Translations under genes and position numbers: made by a program | Shown here: piece after piece, positions 40,361 to 52,150 of the stretch | Numbering within the stretch: the first letter of the stretch is position 1 | Layout: each line of letters begins with the position of its first letter | Notes under the pieces: model-generated | Seen by the model: only the letters and a program-made list of their open reading frames with translations | What the model was told of the DNA's origin: nothing | Database searches by the model: none | From: Octopus bimaculoides | Lineage: Eukaryota | Assembly: GCF_001194135.2 (NCBI RefSeq) | Contig: NC_068983.1 | Span: forward strand, 33,104,299 to 33,168,298 | Direction of reading: 5' to 3' | Length of the DNA: 64,000 bases

Positions 40361-42010
40361 TACCCATAAAGGGCTATACAAAGAATTTTTAAGACATCAC
40401 AAAACATAAAGACAGTACAAAACGCAAACATAAAATCGGGGTAATTAAAATAAAATGATAATATGCAAGAATGAAAAAAGTGAGGCGCAATGTCCACTCG
40501 ATCCCTGAAGTCGGGTGGTTACATTTATCCAGTTTTTCACTTTTACGTTCAACGTCATGTAAACATTTTAACGGTTTTGCAACTCAAAAAATTCAAACAC
40601 TCGCGTTACCTTTCTTCCATTAATCATTGTTACGTCCGTCCTTAACAACTGCAAATAATCAGTTCTAGTGGGTGGTTTCTCCACCAACCATATCCATTTC
40701 GTTATTATATTTTCACCAAATTCTTTTATGCACTCGAAGCATCTTTCCTCACGTATCAAAATGCATTTTTCAGCACATTTCTCTGGCATTTTCACTCTTA
40801 TTATTTCTTCTAACCTCTCGAATTTTCTCTCCATCTGCTCGCAATTCTCGTACTTTATCATATCAAAAGCCCCTTGTATTTCACATCTTTATCCGTTCTC
40901 TCCTCCTCTTCTTGTACATTATTAGTTTCTGGCTTTTTTTATGTCTTTTTGTTTTCCGTTGACCGTTCCTTTGACTTATTTTTCCTTCACTTTTTAGGGT
41001 TAGTAGCTCCATTTTCGTTCTTCTCCTTTGTTTTCTCTGTTTCACACTTCTGTCTCTCTTTTATTTCCTCAGTGTGGTCTACAATTCTTTCCTCCTCTGT
41101 TTGTGCTTTCTTTTGCTGTGGCTGTGTGAACTCATATAGGGGGCATTTGGTCTTCATATGACCTCTCTCCTCGCATATATAACAATTTGGTTTTCTTCCC
41201 TCGACTACGACATTTAACGGTTTCTCGTCCTCCACTTCTATCTGGTAGGGAATTCTTTCTATGTCCTCGAATGTGGCAAAAAGCCACATTTCGAGTTCAA
41301 ATCCCCACCATTTGCACACTTTTGTTTTCGCCACTAGTCCCAATTCCGGCTCCTCCTTGGTTGCAGCCAGCACTGTTGCAACCAACCACTCTGGTTTAAT
41401 GTCTGGTGTAACTCTGAGAATTCGTATTTTCACACTTCTTCTTCCTCTATAGCTTGGTAGCAATGCTATTTTCTCACTTTTTAATATGTTAGTTGTATGC
41501 TTGGTTGCCTCTTCTATAGTGGCGAACCTCACCTCAACCGTACCGAACTTTCTTCCTCTGTTGATGTACGTGGCTTCATTGACAATTTCACCCAGGCACT
41601 CCTCGATTTCTTCTTCCGTCACCATTTCAATTTTAGAGGTTTCGACAGCCTGTGTACGATACACTACTGTGCTCAGAATTTTATTTTCTTTAGTCTCTTT
41701 TGGGGTACACAATTTGTATGAGTCTCACTCAACTTCTATCAAATTCCTGCTTCTTGTCACCTCCTCCATATCCAACTTGATTAACTTGGTTTCCAGCGGC
41801 ACTGGCTTCCTCACCGCAGTGGCCTTGGCGTAGCTCTCCATACTGGAGACACTACCACTTGCCATAGCTGGGAAAAATGCAGCAGCTCACGTGAAATGCA
41901 ACCGTAATAATTCCACACAAATCACAATTATTCACCGAGACAGTTTTCACAAAGTAACACAACAGTTTTCACAATAATTCACAGAGCCGTTATACCGCGA
42001 TGCAGTTCGA
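40361..42010 (-). mobile_element. ORF1-only non-LTR retroposon (half-L1/Tx1-like), gag-like protein with CCHC knuckle
   Basis: ATG at 41865 (MASGSVSSMESYAKA), one in-frame TGA, then ORF to 40987 with CYICEERGHMKTKC. A frameshifted C-terminal frame lies at 40568-40861. 3' end tagccctttatgggta next to a microsatellite. No endonuclease or RT. Confidence 0.7.
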
Positions 42011-43213
42011 CCGGCATGCTGACGTTTCTGCCAGTTCACCGCTCTACACACACTATATATTTGTTCATCACTTCAGATTTATTATTGTTCTTATTTTATT
42101 GTCGTTTGACTGAAAATCTTTCGTCACACATCTTGTGACCTCTTCAGCGATTCTCCATCTCACGTGTCTTTACCTGTTCTGTTTAGTCCATTCTGTCTAA
42201 AGAATGGAATAAACAGTGTTTTATACGTTTCGTTCAACTAAAACCCTTCAAGGCGGTGTCGCAGTACGGCTGCAATCCAATAACTGAAAGCATAAAATCC
42301 CAAGCTACATCAGCTGCATGCGTATAGTGGTGCTTTATTTTGGATGATTTATCCGATACGACATTCTTTTCTTGTTTAGTCTCTGTAGTTATCTTACAAC
42401 TACTTTGTTTGGTTTTTATGTGGACATAATTGTTTTCTTAAAACATGGTTAATACAGTATACCTACGGTTTTCCGATGTTAGTTCTCTTGTATAAACGAT
42501 GCTGTTACTGATCTCGCATACATTTGAATATTTTCGGCACATTTGTTTTTGTTAATCTTGACTACTAGTTTACTTAATAATCAAAAAGCAGGGTAATATA
42601 CTTGTCATGTCTACGGAATTTGTCTTCTTAACCACTTCTGTTTGTTTCTCGTTTCGTCGTACAGGTTAGCCTCTCATTAGAATTGTTTTGCACCTTATTC
42701 TGAGAATATTTCCCATGGACGGATGCATTACGTGTACATTCACAATAGAATTTCGTTAGTATACTCTGAGCAAGCTTGTTTCCCTGGTTATCTATCTTGG
42801 AAGAGGGATGACATGCTGCAGACGCAAGGTTTGGAAACATTACCTATTTTTAGTAACATTTTTTTTTAGTTCAGTATGAATATTCCAGTGGTATCAGTTA
42901 TTTCTAGTTTAAACCTAGAAAACATTTTATAGCTTATTTGAAGGAAGAAAGAAAGGAATATTTTCTAAACACAAAAAAAATTACCTGTCGTAAATTGATG
43001 AGATTCATAAAATGCCAGAAGAGTTGCAGATATTTGTTTTTTCCTTTCTTATTTTCTTTTTGCTAAAAAGATGTTCTCCACCATTTCCAATGGCACCTTG
43101 AGAAAAATCTGAAAAATCTCCGTCAAAACGGAGAAGTTCTTACTTGTGTATGCTACATATCGCTGACGTCCGCCTAGATGTGTGTCTACATGTACGTACG
43201 TACGTACGTACGT

Positions 43214-43576
43214 GTGGAGGCGCAATGGCCCAGTGGTTAGGGCAGCGGACTCGCGGTCATAGGATCGCGGTTTCGATTCCCAGACCGGGCGTTGTGAGTG
43301 TTTATTGAGAGAAGACACCTAAAGCTCCGGCAGGGGATGGTGGCGAGCCCTGCTGTACTCTCTTCCACCACAACTTTCTCTCACTCTTTCTTCCTGTTTT
43401 TGTTGTTCCTGTATTTCAAAGGGCCAGCCTTGTCACACTGAATATCCCCTTGAACTACGTTAAGGGTACACATGTCTGTGGAGTGCTCAGCCACTTGCAT
43501 GTTAATTTCACGAGTAGGCTGTTCCGTTGATCAGATCGACTGGAACCCTCGACGTCGTAAGCTATGGAGTGCCAAC
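43214..43576 (+). mobile_element. SINE family A copy
   Basis: TSD acgtacgt; small internal deletions relative to the other two copies. Confidence 0.9.
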
Positions 43577-45490
43577 ACGTACGTATGTATGTATCCACGC
43601 ATGCATTTATGCATGTATGTCTGTAAATATAATACATCCAATGAACAACCATATTCTGGCAACTACTTGTGTATGTATTTTCCAATTGTAATTCTTTGGG
43701 AAATTACTTGTAGCTCTTTTATATTCAGTTGATATCTCCTCTATTTGCTGTTCATTTTTATTGGAAATTTATTCTGTGTCCGCTGTGGCCCAGCTATCAT
43801 TGGTCTAAATAAATAACTTTTATATCAAATATACACTACTCATTGCCATTATTCTGTTAACGCAGCACAAATGACTACAATGCTAAAAGTGTATAGATTT
43901 CCTTCCAAACAACCAAAAGGTATTTCAGTTTATAAAAGCAACAGTAGTTTCTTCTGAATATCTAACGATATTGTCACTGGTTTTTATTACTGGAAATCTA
44001 ATATTATGTTGATTGTCGCTTTCAAAGAAACGATACTAAAAGGCTTTCTTTATCTAAGTTAGAAATGTTTCCTACGCCTTCTGTTTCTTTTAAGCTTTCT
44101 AGTAACTCTTTAGTTGAACGAATAATGTACCATTCAACTATGTAGTTGTTAAAATCAGTGTCAAAAGCAAAGAAGCTGATATTGTGGAGATCTGGAAAAC
44201 TTGATGTACTTAGGAGCGACAATGATTAATCAAGATAAAGAACTATTCAGAAAATAGGAAAATCCTTAGTGAAACAGATAAATGTTGTGGTGATTTTTTG
44301 GTTGTGGGAATGTGTGGGTGTCCATGAGTAACTCATTAGAATATTTCCACGGATATAGACGGGTGGTACTAAAGTGCCTAATATGTACTATGTGGATCTT
44401 GTTTCTTTCCTCTCTGTGTCTATCCCTTCTATGTATATCAATATCTACTCCTTACTGGGATTAAAGAAGATTGAATATTTCTTTTTAATGTTTTAATCTT
44501 TATTTTACCGTCGACGACTGAGTGGTCGACATACACTTCGGATCTTTCTGATTTGGCGGGCGCCACTTTTTATCTACCGAAACACTTTAAAACTTCGTAT
44601 ATAGAAAAATATAATAACTTTTCATCAGAAAAAAGCAAAATAGGCAGCATATTTGGCGACGATGGTGACGACGACGACAACAAAAACTGACTACATCAAA
44701 TATAGATTAAGCAACAGCTTACTCCAATCCATTACAGAGACGCACAACAGGAGCAGTAGTAACTAAGTTTCCTTTTCTTTGCCAAGGCCATAATGGTTTT
44801 CTTCACTTCATCCAAGGAAGGCTTGGAAACAGCCTTAACAGATATTTTTTGGTGAAATCTCTTTTTATTGCAAAAAGTACATATGGCACCATAAGTGTCA
44901 TCTTTAGAACAGGAGATAGGACTAAGGTGTAAGTTGAAATTGCTTGAGTGATAGCTACCCATCAATTGGTTCCACATTATTTGGCATGATAAAACACAAG
45001 GGTTACTGTCAGGGATATCAGTGACGATCTCAAAGTCTGGGTAGTCGTCAATTTTATTGTGCAATATGAACGGGTAATCACCAAATATTACAATGGCATA
45101 TAGGGAAAAAGGACGATTGGCAATTTATAACAGTGGTAGACTACCTATAACAATTAGATAATTTAATCTGTTTATAACATCTTCGATAAGTTAGATGATG
45201 ACATGCTACTTACGACTAGAAAATATAATAAATATAAATACTTCTTTAGCAGGAATCTGTGGTGATAAATCAATCACATATAAACTATAAGTATTTAATC
45301 ACCATAGATAAATTCTAGCTCAGACTATGTAAACGCTGTGGTGAGTTATACACACCACGATGCTGAACATGCATGCATGTTGCATATTAACAATCTCACT
45401 CGTTTTCACCGTTATAATAACAGTTTCAATAAGTACAGAAATAAGTTTTATCTATAGGTTGAAGAAACGAAGATAAAGAAATCATATACT

Positions 45491-48400
45491 TGTAGTGAAA
45501 CCTCTCTCTCGGGCATTCAATCATAAATGATAACGAAACTACTACTTCGGTTGCCTTGGACCCTTCTATTCATCATCCTGATTGGTTGTTATTTTGCGCG
45601 GCAATTATCCCCATGTTCTGCTTGCTAAGGGGGCATTACGTCCAATCGTGGCTTCAAATAAAGTCACGTGATAGAGAGTTTTTCTGGGTTTCCGGTGAGC
45701 CTTTTTCGCCTATAAATAAGCCCGATCCAACGACGGCAATCGTCTTCGATTCTAGATCTCTCGCTGGTCGTGTCGTTGACCACACATACAGAACACAGCT
45801 ACAGCCAGTTCCAGCGCCGACGTCTTCACCACCAATGTACTGTCTACCATTGTCGTCGCCAGCAACACCAACATCAAGCGCGGTTTTATCTCGACCCTGT
45901 TTGAGTGGATGTTTCCACTCACGATCAACAATCAAAACTAACCAGCTAGAATATACTATACCAGGTAACACGGTCACAGCATTCGACGCTCAAGACACAT
46001 AGTGTGATACTACAGCTCTGCTCCTTGGCCACAACTTCCTGCGTATGAACATTCTATTTCCTTGTATAACTCTTATATGAACTGGTATTTCTCTATTCTC
46101 AGTGTTTTAAGACCTTTTACAGTCTATGTTACAGACTCTTTTTCTATGTTCTGTGTTTCCTTTCATTCACACGCACACTTGTACTCTCACATATTGTACA
46201 CACACTATTGTTTATACGACTGTCCGTCACTTCACATTGTTGTATACATTCTCTTGTACACAAAGGCCTGATTTATCTACTGTGTTAATTTTATATGTCG
46301 CATGCACGCGCACACAGACACAAACAGTTTCACAATAAAATTTATTCTCATTATATATCTAACGGTTGAGTTTGTCCTAAGTTCTTTTACTGGCACTATG
46401 GCTCGTATCTCTTACGACGAGCCTTCTCTCTTATATATCTTGTTTTGTGTTCGACCGTGCGGCATAGTAAAAAGGAGCCTTTTCCGTCTACGTCGCCATC
46501 TCCTTTGGTTCGCACGGTCGAAGTTATAGTAGAAAGTGGGTTATACATCTTTAGATTGTATACCTGACTTTCCTACTATAATTTTAAAGAATATATAGGA
46601 AAGTGGGTTATACATCTTTAGATTGTATACCTGACTTCCTACTATAANNNNNNNNNNNNNNNNNNNNNNNNNNNNNNNNNNNNNNNNNNNNNNNNNNNNN
46701 NNNNNNNNNNNNNNNNNNNNNNNNNNNNNNNNNNNNNNNNNNNNNNNNNNNNNNNNNNNNNNNNNNNNNNNNNNNNNNNNNNNNNNNNNNNNNNNNNNNN
46801 NNNNNNNNNNNNNNNNNNNNNNNNNNNNNNNNNNNNNNNNNNNNNNNNNNNNNNNNNNNNNNNNNNNNNNNNNNNNNNNNNNNNNNNNNNNNNNNNNNNN
46901 NNNNNNNNNNNNNNNNNNNNNNNNNNNNNNNNNNNNNNNNNNNNNNNNNNNNNNNNNNNNNNNNNNNNNNNNNNNNNNNNNNNNNNNNNNNNNNNNNNNN
47001 NNNNNNNNNNNNNNNNNNNNNNNNNNNNNNNNNNNNNNNNNNNNNNNNNNNNNNNNNNNNNNNNNNNNNNNNNNNNNNNNNNNTAATTCCACGCATGCGC
47101 ACGGCGTTACTACAGAGCTCCCTCGCCAGAGCGGAAACGCACGATAAATGAAATCTGTTAGAACGCCTGAGGCAGGATGGCCACTGAAAACCACCCACAA
47201 GATGTGGCACACACAAAGAAAATTCAAAGAAATGAAATGTACACGTGTGAAATACATGCATGCAAGGTATAAATGAAATGACAATGACAAAACAACCGTG
47301 ATGACAACTGTCCAGGAAACTGGAATCACGCGATGTAAAAGTCTGAGTGTTTGTTTTCCCTGAAAGGAAAAAAAATGTATGAGTGCACAAGTGTGTGTGT
47401 GAGAAAGAACACAGAACAAGTGAAAGTGTCTGTAGTATAGACTGCGAAAAATCCCAAAACACCGAGATAGAGTTCATTGATGAAGNNNNNNNNNNNNNNN
47501 NNNNNNNNNNNNNNNNNNNNNNNNNNNNNNNNNNNNNNNNNNNNNNNNNNNNNNNNNNNNNNNNNNNNNNATTGGCGAAAACCTCGAAGAAAAATTTTCT
47601 TAACCCAAGATGAAAAAACGACCGTGTGAAATGAATAACAAGAGTTATTGTGTGGCATAAAAGATGTATGTGTATGTGAGAGTGTGAAATGCGACATATA
47701 AGAACATAAAAAGCAGGCCGTAATTCTTTGTCTGTTTTTCGTGAGTGGAAAAAGAATCCACTCTAACAGAGGCGAGAATAAAAACCGCTCTTGTTGAGTC
47801 GTGTTGACTATGGTTGGAGATGTTGGTAATGTGTAGTTCGGTCTCCATGGCCGTATTTGTTCTTTAGTCGAGTACACCAGTTATAAGTTGGTAGTCCAGA
47901 GTCCATGCTGCGTTTTTCTTCGTCGGGGGTCACCACTTTAGTAGAAAGTGGGTTATTGCAGCTCAGCGGGCTGCGTGATCGAATCACGTCGGGGGTCACC
48001 AGTTATAGGAAAGTGGGCTATACATCTTTAGATTGTATACCTGACTTTCCTACTATAAACTTAAGAATATAACGGAACGCTGAACTCCAGACTATCAACT
48101 TAAACAACACTTTTATTCAGGTGGTAAATATATAAACATCTTTAGTTCTTGTTGTTACAGCTTCTGTGTGTATGAGCATAGTGCTGGGACGTTGTTCTAT
48201 AGATGTGAGCGAGCTGTCGAGCGTAAGTCCGAAAAATGTAGAGAGACAGCTTAAACACACCCATGCTCAATCGCTGGCCAGCGAGAAAGAGAATGAATTG
48301 AGCGGGAAACGCTTGCTTGTTTAATTCCACGCATGCGCACGGCGTTACTACAAATATAACGGAACGCTGAACTCCAGACTATCAACTTAAACAACATTTA

Positions 48401-50206
48401 TTCAGGTGGAAAATATATACATCTTTAGTTCTTGTTGTTACAGCTTCTGTTGTTGGGNNNNNNNNNNNNNNNNNNNNNNNNNNNNNNNNNNNNNNNNNNN
48501 NNNNNNNNNNNNNNNNNNNNNNNNNNNNNNNNNNNNNNNNNNNNNNNNNNNNNNNNNNNNNNNNNNNNNNNNNNNNNNNNNNNNNNNNNNNNNNNNNNNN
48601 NNNNNNNNNNNNNNNNNNNNNNNNNNNNNNNNNNNNNNNNNNNNNNNNNNNNNNNNNNNNNNNNNNNNNNNNNNNNNNNNNNNNNNNNNNNNNNNNNNNN
48701 NNNNNNNNNNNNNNNNNNNNNNNNNNNNNNNNNNNNNNNNNNNNNNNNNNNNNNNNNNNNNNNNNNNNNNNNNNNNNNNNNNNNNNNNNNNNNNNNNNNN
48801 NNNNNNNNNNNNNNNNNNNNNNNNNNNNNNNNNNNNNNNNNNNNNNNNNNNNNNNNNNNNNNNNNNNNNNNNNNNNNNNNNNNNNNNNNNNNNNNNNNNN
48901 NNNNNNNNNNNNNNNNNNNNNNNNNNNNNNNNNNNNNNNNNNNNNNNNNNNNNNNNNCACACAAAGAAAATTCAAAGAAATGAAATGTACACTTGTCTGA
49001 GTGTTTGTTTTCCCTGAAAGGAAAGAAAATGTATGAGTGCACAAGTGTGTGTGTGAGAAAAAACACAGAACAAGTGAAAGTGTCTGTAGTATAGACTGCG
49101 AAAAGTCCCAAAACACCGAGATAGAGTACATTGATGAAGACGTCGGCGCAGGAACTTCTATAGCTGTGTTCTGTATGTGTGGTGGTAATGGGTCAGTTGA
49201 AACGGGGCGACTGCTTATAGTTGGTAGTAGTAATTGTTGTCGTCACGGTGGTAATCTTGGTTGGCGCACGACGCTGGTGGCGAAAAGGCTGTTTGGTGAT
49301 GAGTGTTTGAAGAGGTACGCTTTTACAGAACGATCGACAGACAAATCTCTGTATGACCATTAGTGAAAACCTCGAAGAAAAATTTTCTTAACCCAAGATG
49401 AAAAAACGACTGTGCGAACTCAAAAAGGAGAAATGGTGACGAATGGAATAACAGAGGACTCCTTTCATATAAACGTGTCACACGGTCGAAACCAAAATAT
49501 ATATCAAAGATGATATACAAGTAATTACGTTATACTACGAACATTAGTGAATTCGTAAATACCAGTAATGAGACGATAGAAAAAAACCAACCGTGTGAAA
49601 TGAATAACAAGAGTTATTGTGTGGCATAAAAGATGTATGTGTATATGAGAGTGTGAATGCGACACTAATAAAAACAGGCCGTATTTGTTCTGTAGTCGGG
49701 TTAACCAGTTATAAGTTGGTAGTCGAGAATTCTTGCTGCGTTTCTTCTTCGTCGGGGGTCACCAGTATAGTAGAAAGTGGGTTATTGCAGCTCAGCGGGC
49801 TGCGTGATCGAATCACGTCGGGGGTCACCAGTATAGTAGAAAGTGGGTTATACATCTTTAGATTGTATACCTGACTTTCCTACTATAATTTTAAAGAATA
49901 TAACGGAACGCTGAACTCCAGACTACCAACTTAAACAACATTTATTCAGGTGGAAAATATATACATCTTTAGTTCTTGTTGTTGGGACGTTGTTATGTAG
50001 GTGTGAGCGAGCTGTCGAGAGTAAGTCCGAAAGATGTAGAGAGACAGCTTAACACGTAAAGAGGCTGTCTCGAGAGTTCGAATATTAGAGACACTCTTGA
50101 CACGTCCATTGCTCTATGCTGGCCAGCAAGAAAGAGAATGAATTGAGCGGGAACGCTTGGTTGTTTAATTCTACGCATGCACACGGCGTTACTACAAAGT
50201 ATTACA
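45491..50206 (+). mobile_element. ~1.04-kb solo LTR (45491-46524 plus 50201-50206) split by a nested insertion
   Basis: Begins TGTAGT, ends ATTACA, flanked by 4-bp TSD TACT (45487-90 / 50207-10). Contains CCAAT (45580, 45642), CACGTG (45665), TATAAATA (45711) and AATAAA (46334). Confidence 0.78.
46525..50196 (-). mobile_element. Tandem array of a non-coding miniature LTR retrotransposon (TRIM-like), tRNA-Trp primed
   Basis: LTRs of ~350-365 bp at 49832-50196 and 48004-48352; partial LTRs at 48353-48457, 47084-47114 and 46525-46647. PBS at 49797-49830 and 47968-48001; PPT-like ggcgagggag at 47115-47127; 4-bp TSD AAGT (46521-24 / 50197-200). Three internal gaps plus one bordering gap limit certainty. 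Confidence 0.8.
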
Positions 50207-50859
50207 TACTAAATTTATTTATTTACGTTTATTTAATAATAGACTATGGTAAAGTTTCAATTCAGAGATTTGTTGGGAATATTTTCTTTTCGTTATCTTA
50301 TGTTTCGTCTCTTCTTCAATTTTGGCGTAAGCAAGGTAAAATCCTCCAAGTCGGAATCTGACCTTTCTAATCAGACTTTTACCCTATAAATAGGCTAATT
50401 ACCAAAACAAAAAAGTGTATTTAAGACCGATTATTTCAAGAAGTTTATTAAGTTTTGAGTCCATTTCATGTTCCCTGTTTTTATATCTGTTTAATCACGG
50501 TGGTCAATAACTACCGATTTTACCCAATTTTGATAGGTTTTGATGTTTGGTACCCAAATTAGAATTATACTTTCTGCGTGGTTTTTTAACCCCTTTGAAC
50601 TGATTTTTTTTCCACAGTTTACATAAAATGTTGAGGACGTCAAATATTTTAGCCCTTAATATGTCAAAATTTGTCATTAAAAAAAAAAAATTATCAAGTT
50701 TGAGTGGGTTTTACCAAAAATTTGGAAATTTTTTTATCAGAAACTTAAATTTTTCATGTATCTCCTATTTTCATAAATTTCTCAAATTTATGTTGGCCTA
50801 TGCACTCTAGGCTGTAGCTTGACTGAAAGACAATAAACATGCTNNNNNNNNNNAAAATG

Positions 50860-52150
50860 ATAAATTCCCACTCTGCGCACAATGTGCTCAGGTGGCACTT
50901 CAGATTGTCTAAATTTAGCACACTGCATGAATATTGCAGTTTCTTCTTCTGATCAAAATCTTATAAATCTCGATGAAAATTGATCAGTAGTTAACTCAGT
51001 GATACTTGATAGTTGCTTTTGATCATTCTGAATGTCTTTTTTCTCATGAATTTGAAACTTTTTCAAGATTCGGGGAATATTTAAAAGTGCCCTTGCCAAC
51101 ATATTTCAGTGACATCAAACATTTTGCCAGTTTCTTGTTTATTGGTATTCAGATCATTGAAAAGCGAACAGAAACTTTAAAACAAATGTTAACTTATGCA
51201 TCTCAGTTTAGGCCAGGCTGCTTCCATGCTATTGTAACCAGAGAAACTGTCTTTCATATTTGTACGCAGAGTATGTGAAAGATATGTTTATTGACAGACA
51301 CACATTATGAACAAAAGTTTCTCAAACAAGCATATTCTTATTGCTATATACACATGTTATGGAAAGAACTTTTTCATGCTGATGCATGCTAATTATCATT
51401 ATAAACAATACCAATATTAGACTGTGTAGTGTTCATTTATTTTAACTGCTTCTGTTTTCATTTGCTGCGATTCATTGTAACTGTTGCATTCTAGTTAAAA
51501 TATCAGCAAATGTGCTGATCTCCTCACTACCACTACCTTAGGAAGATGCATGCCATTTACATTCGTAGAACATGGTACTGAAAAATGCTTTTTATCTAAA
51601 TCATTATCAAACATGGTGGGTTTGTTCTTAAAACTTTGGGTATTCTTGGATAGTTATAGTCAATGCAACCCAGTTTCATCCTCATTATACATGTCGAACA
51701 ATTAAAAACTCCACATTGCTTGATTTTCTTGGTTAGTTGCTGCTTGTTTCTCTATGGCATTTTCTAAATTGCCATAACGACCCATTATTTGCTTCAAAAT
51801 TGTTGATACCAATATGCCTAGCTAAAGTGGCAGCAGACTTTTGATTGTCTGTCCCACATTGTTACCACAGGATCATTGATAAATAAACCACTTCATCATT
51901 GCCTCTTCAATATCTCTATCTTTTACACTTTCTTGCACCAATATATAATACAAAGAGAATTTGTATTAACATTATATTTCAAAATAAAAAAAAAAGATAC
52001 AGAGATTTTGTTCTCAGACTTGCAAGTATCCAAAACAGTTTACTCTTTAATATACTTTTCACAAAACTTCACCATCAAAGCACAGATTCTGACTTCCTTG
52101 AGTTTCAGTTCCTTGTTCAGAGATGTGGCCATATGCTTTTTCATTATATT
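50860..52150 (-). mobile_element. Degenerate pogo/Tigger transposase relic
   Basis: Minus-strand fragments GINNFEANNGSLWQFRKCH (CENP-B HTH) and YNEDETGL (DDE start). Confidence 0.75.

Noticed and set aside
20903-43576. tRNA-like heads and regularly recurring repeats considered as tRNA genes or a CRISPR-like array
   Set aside because: The heads are SINE 5' ends with TSDs and no acceptor stems. There is no repeat-spacer periodicity and the sequence is eukaryotic.
45556-46002. Overlapping 148-aa and 107-aa ORFs
   Set aside because: They lie inside the solo LTR, where higher GC explains the open frames.
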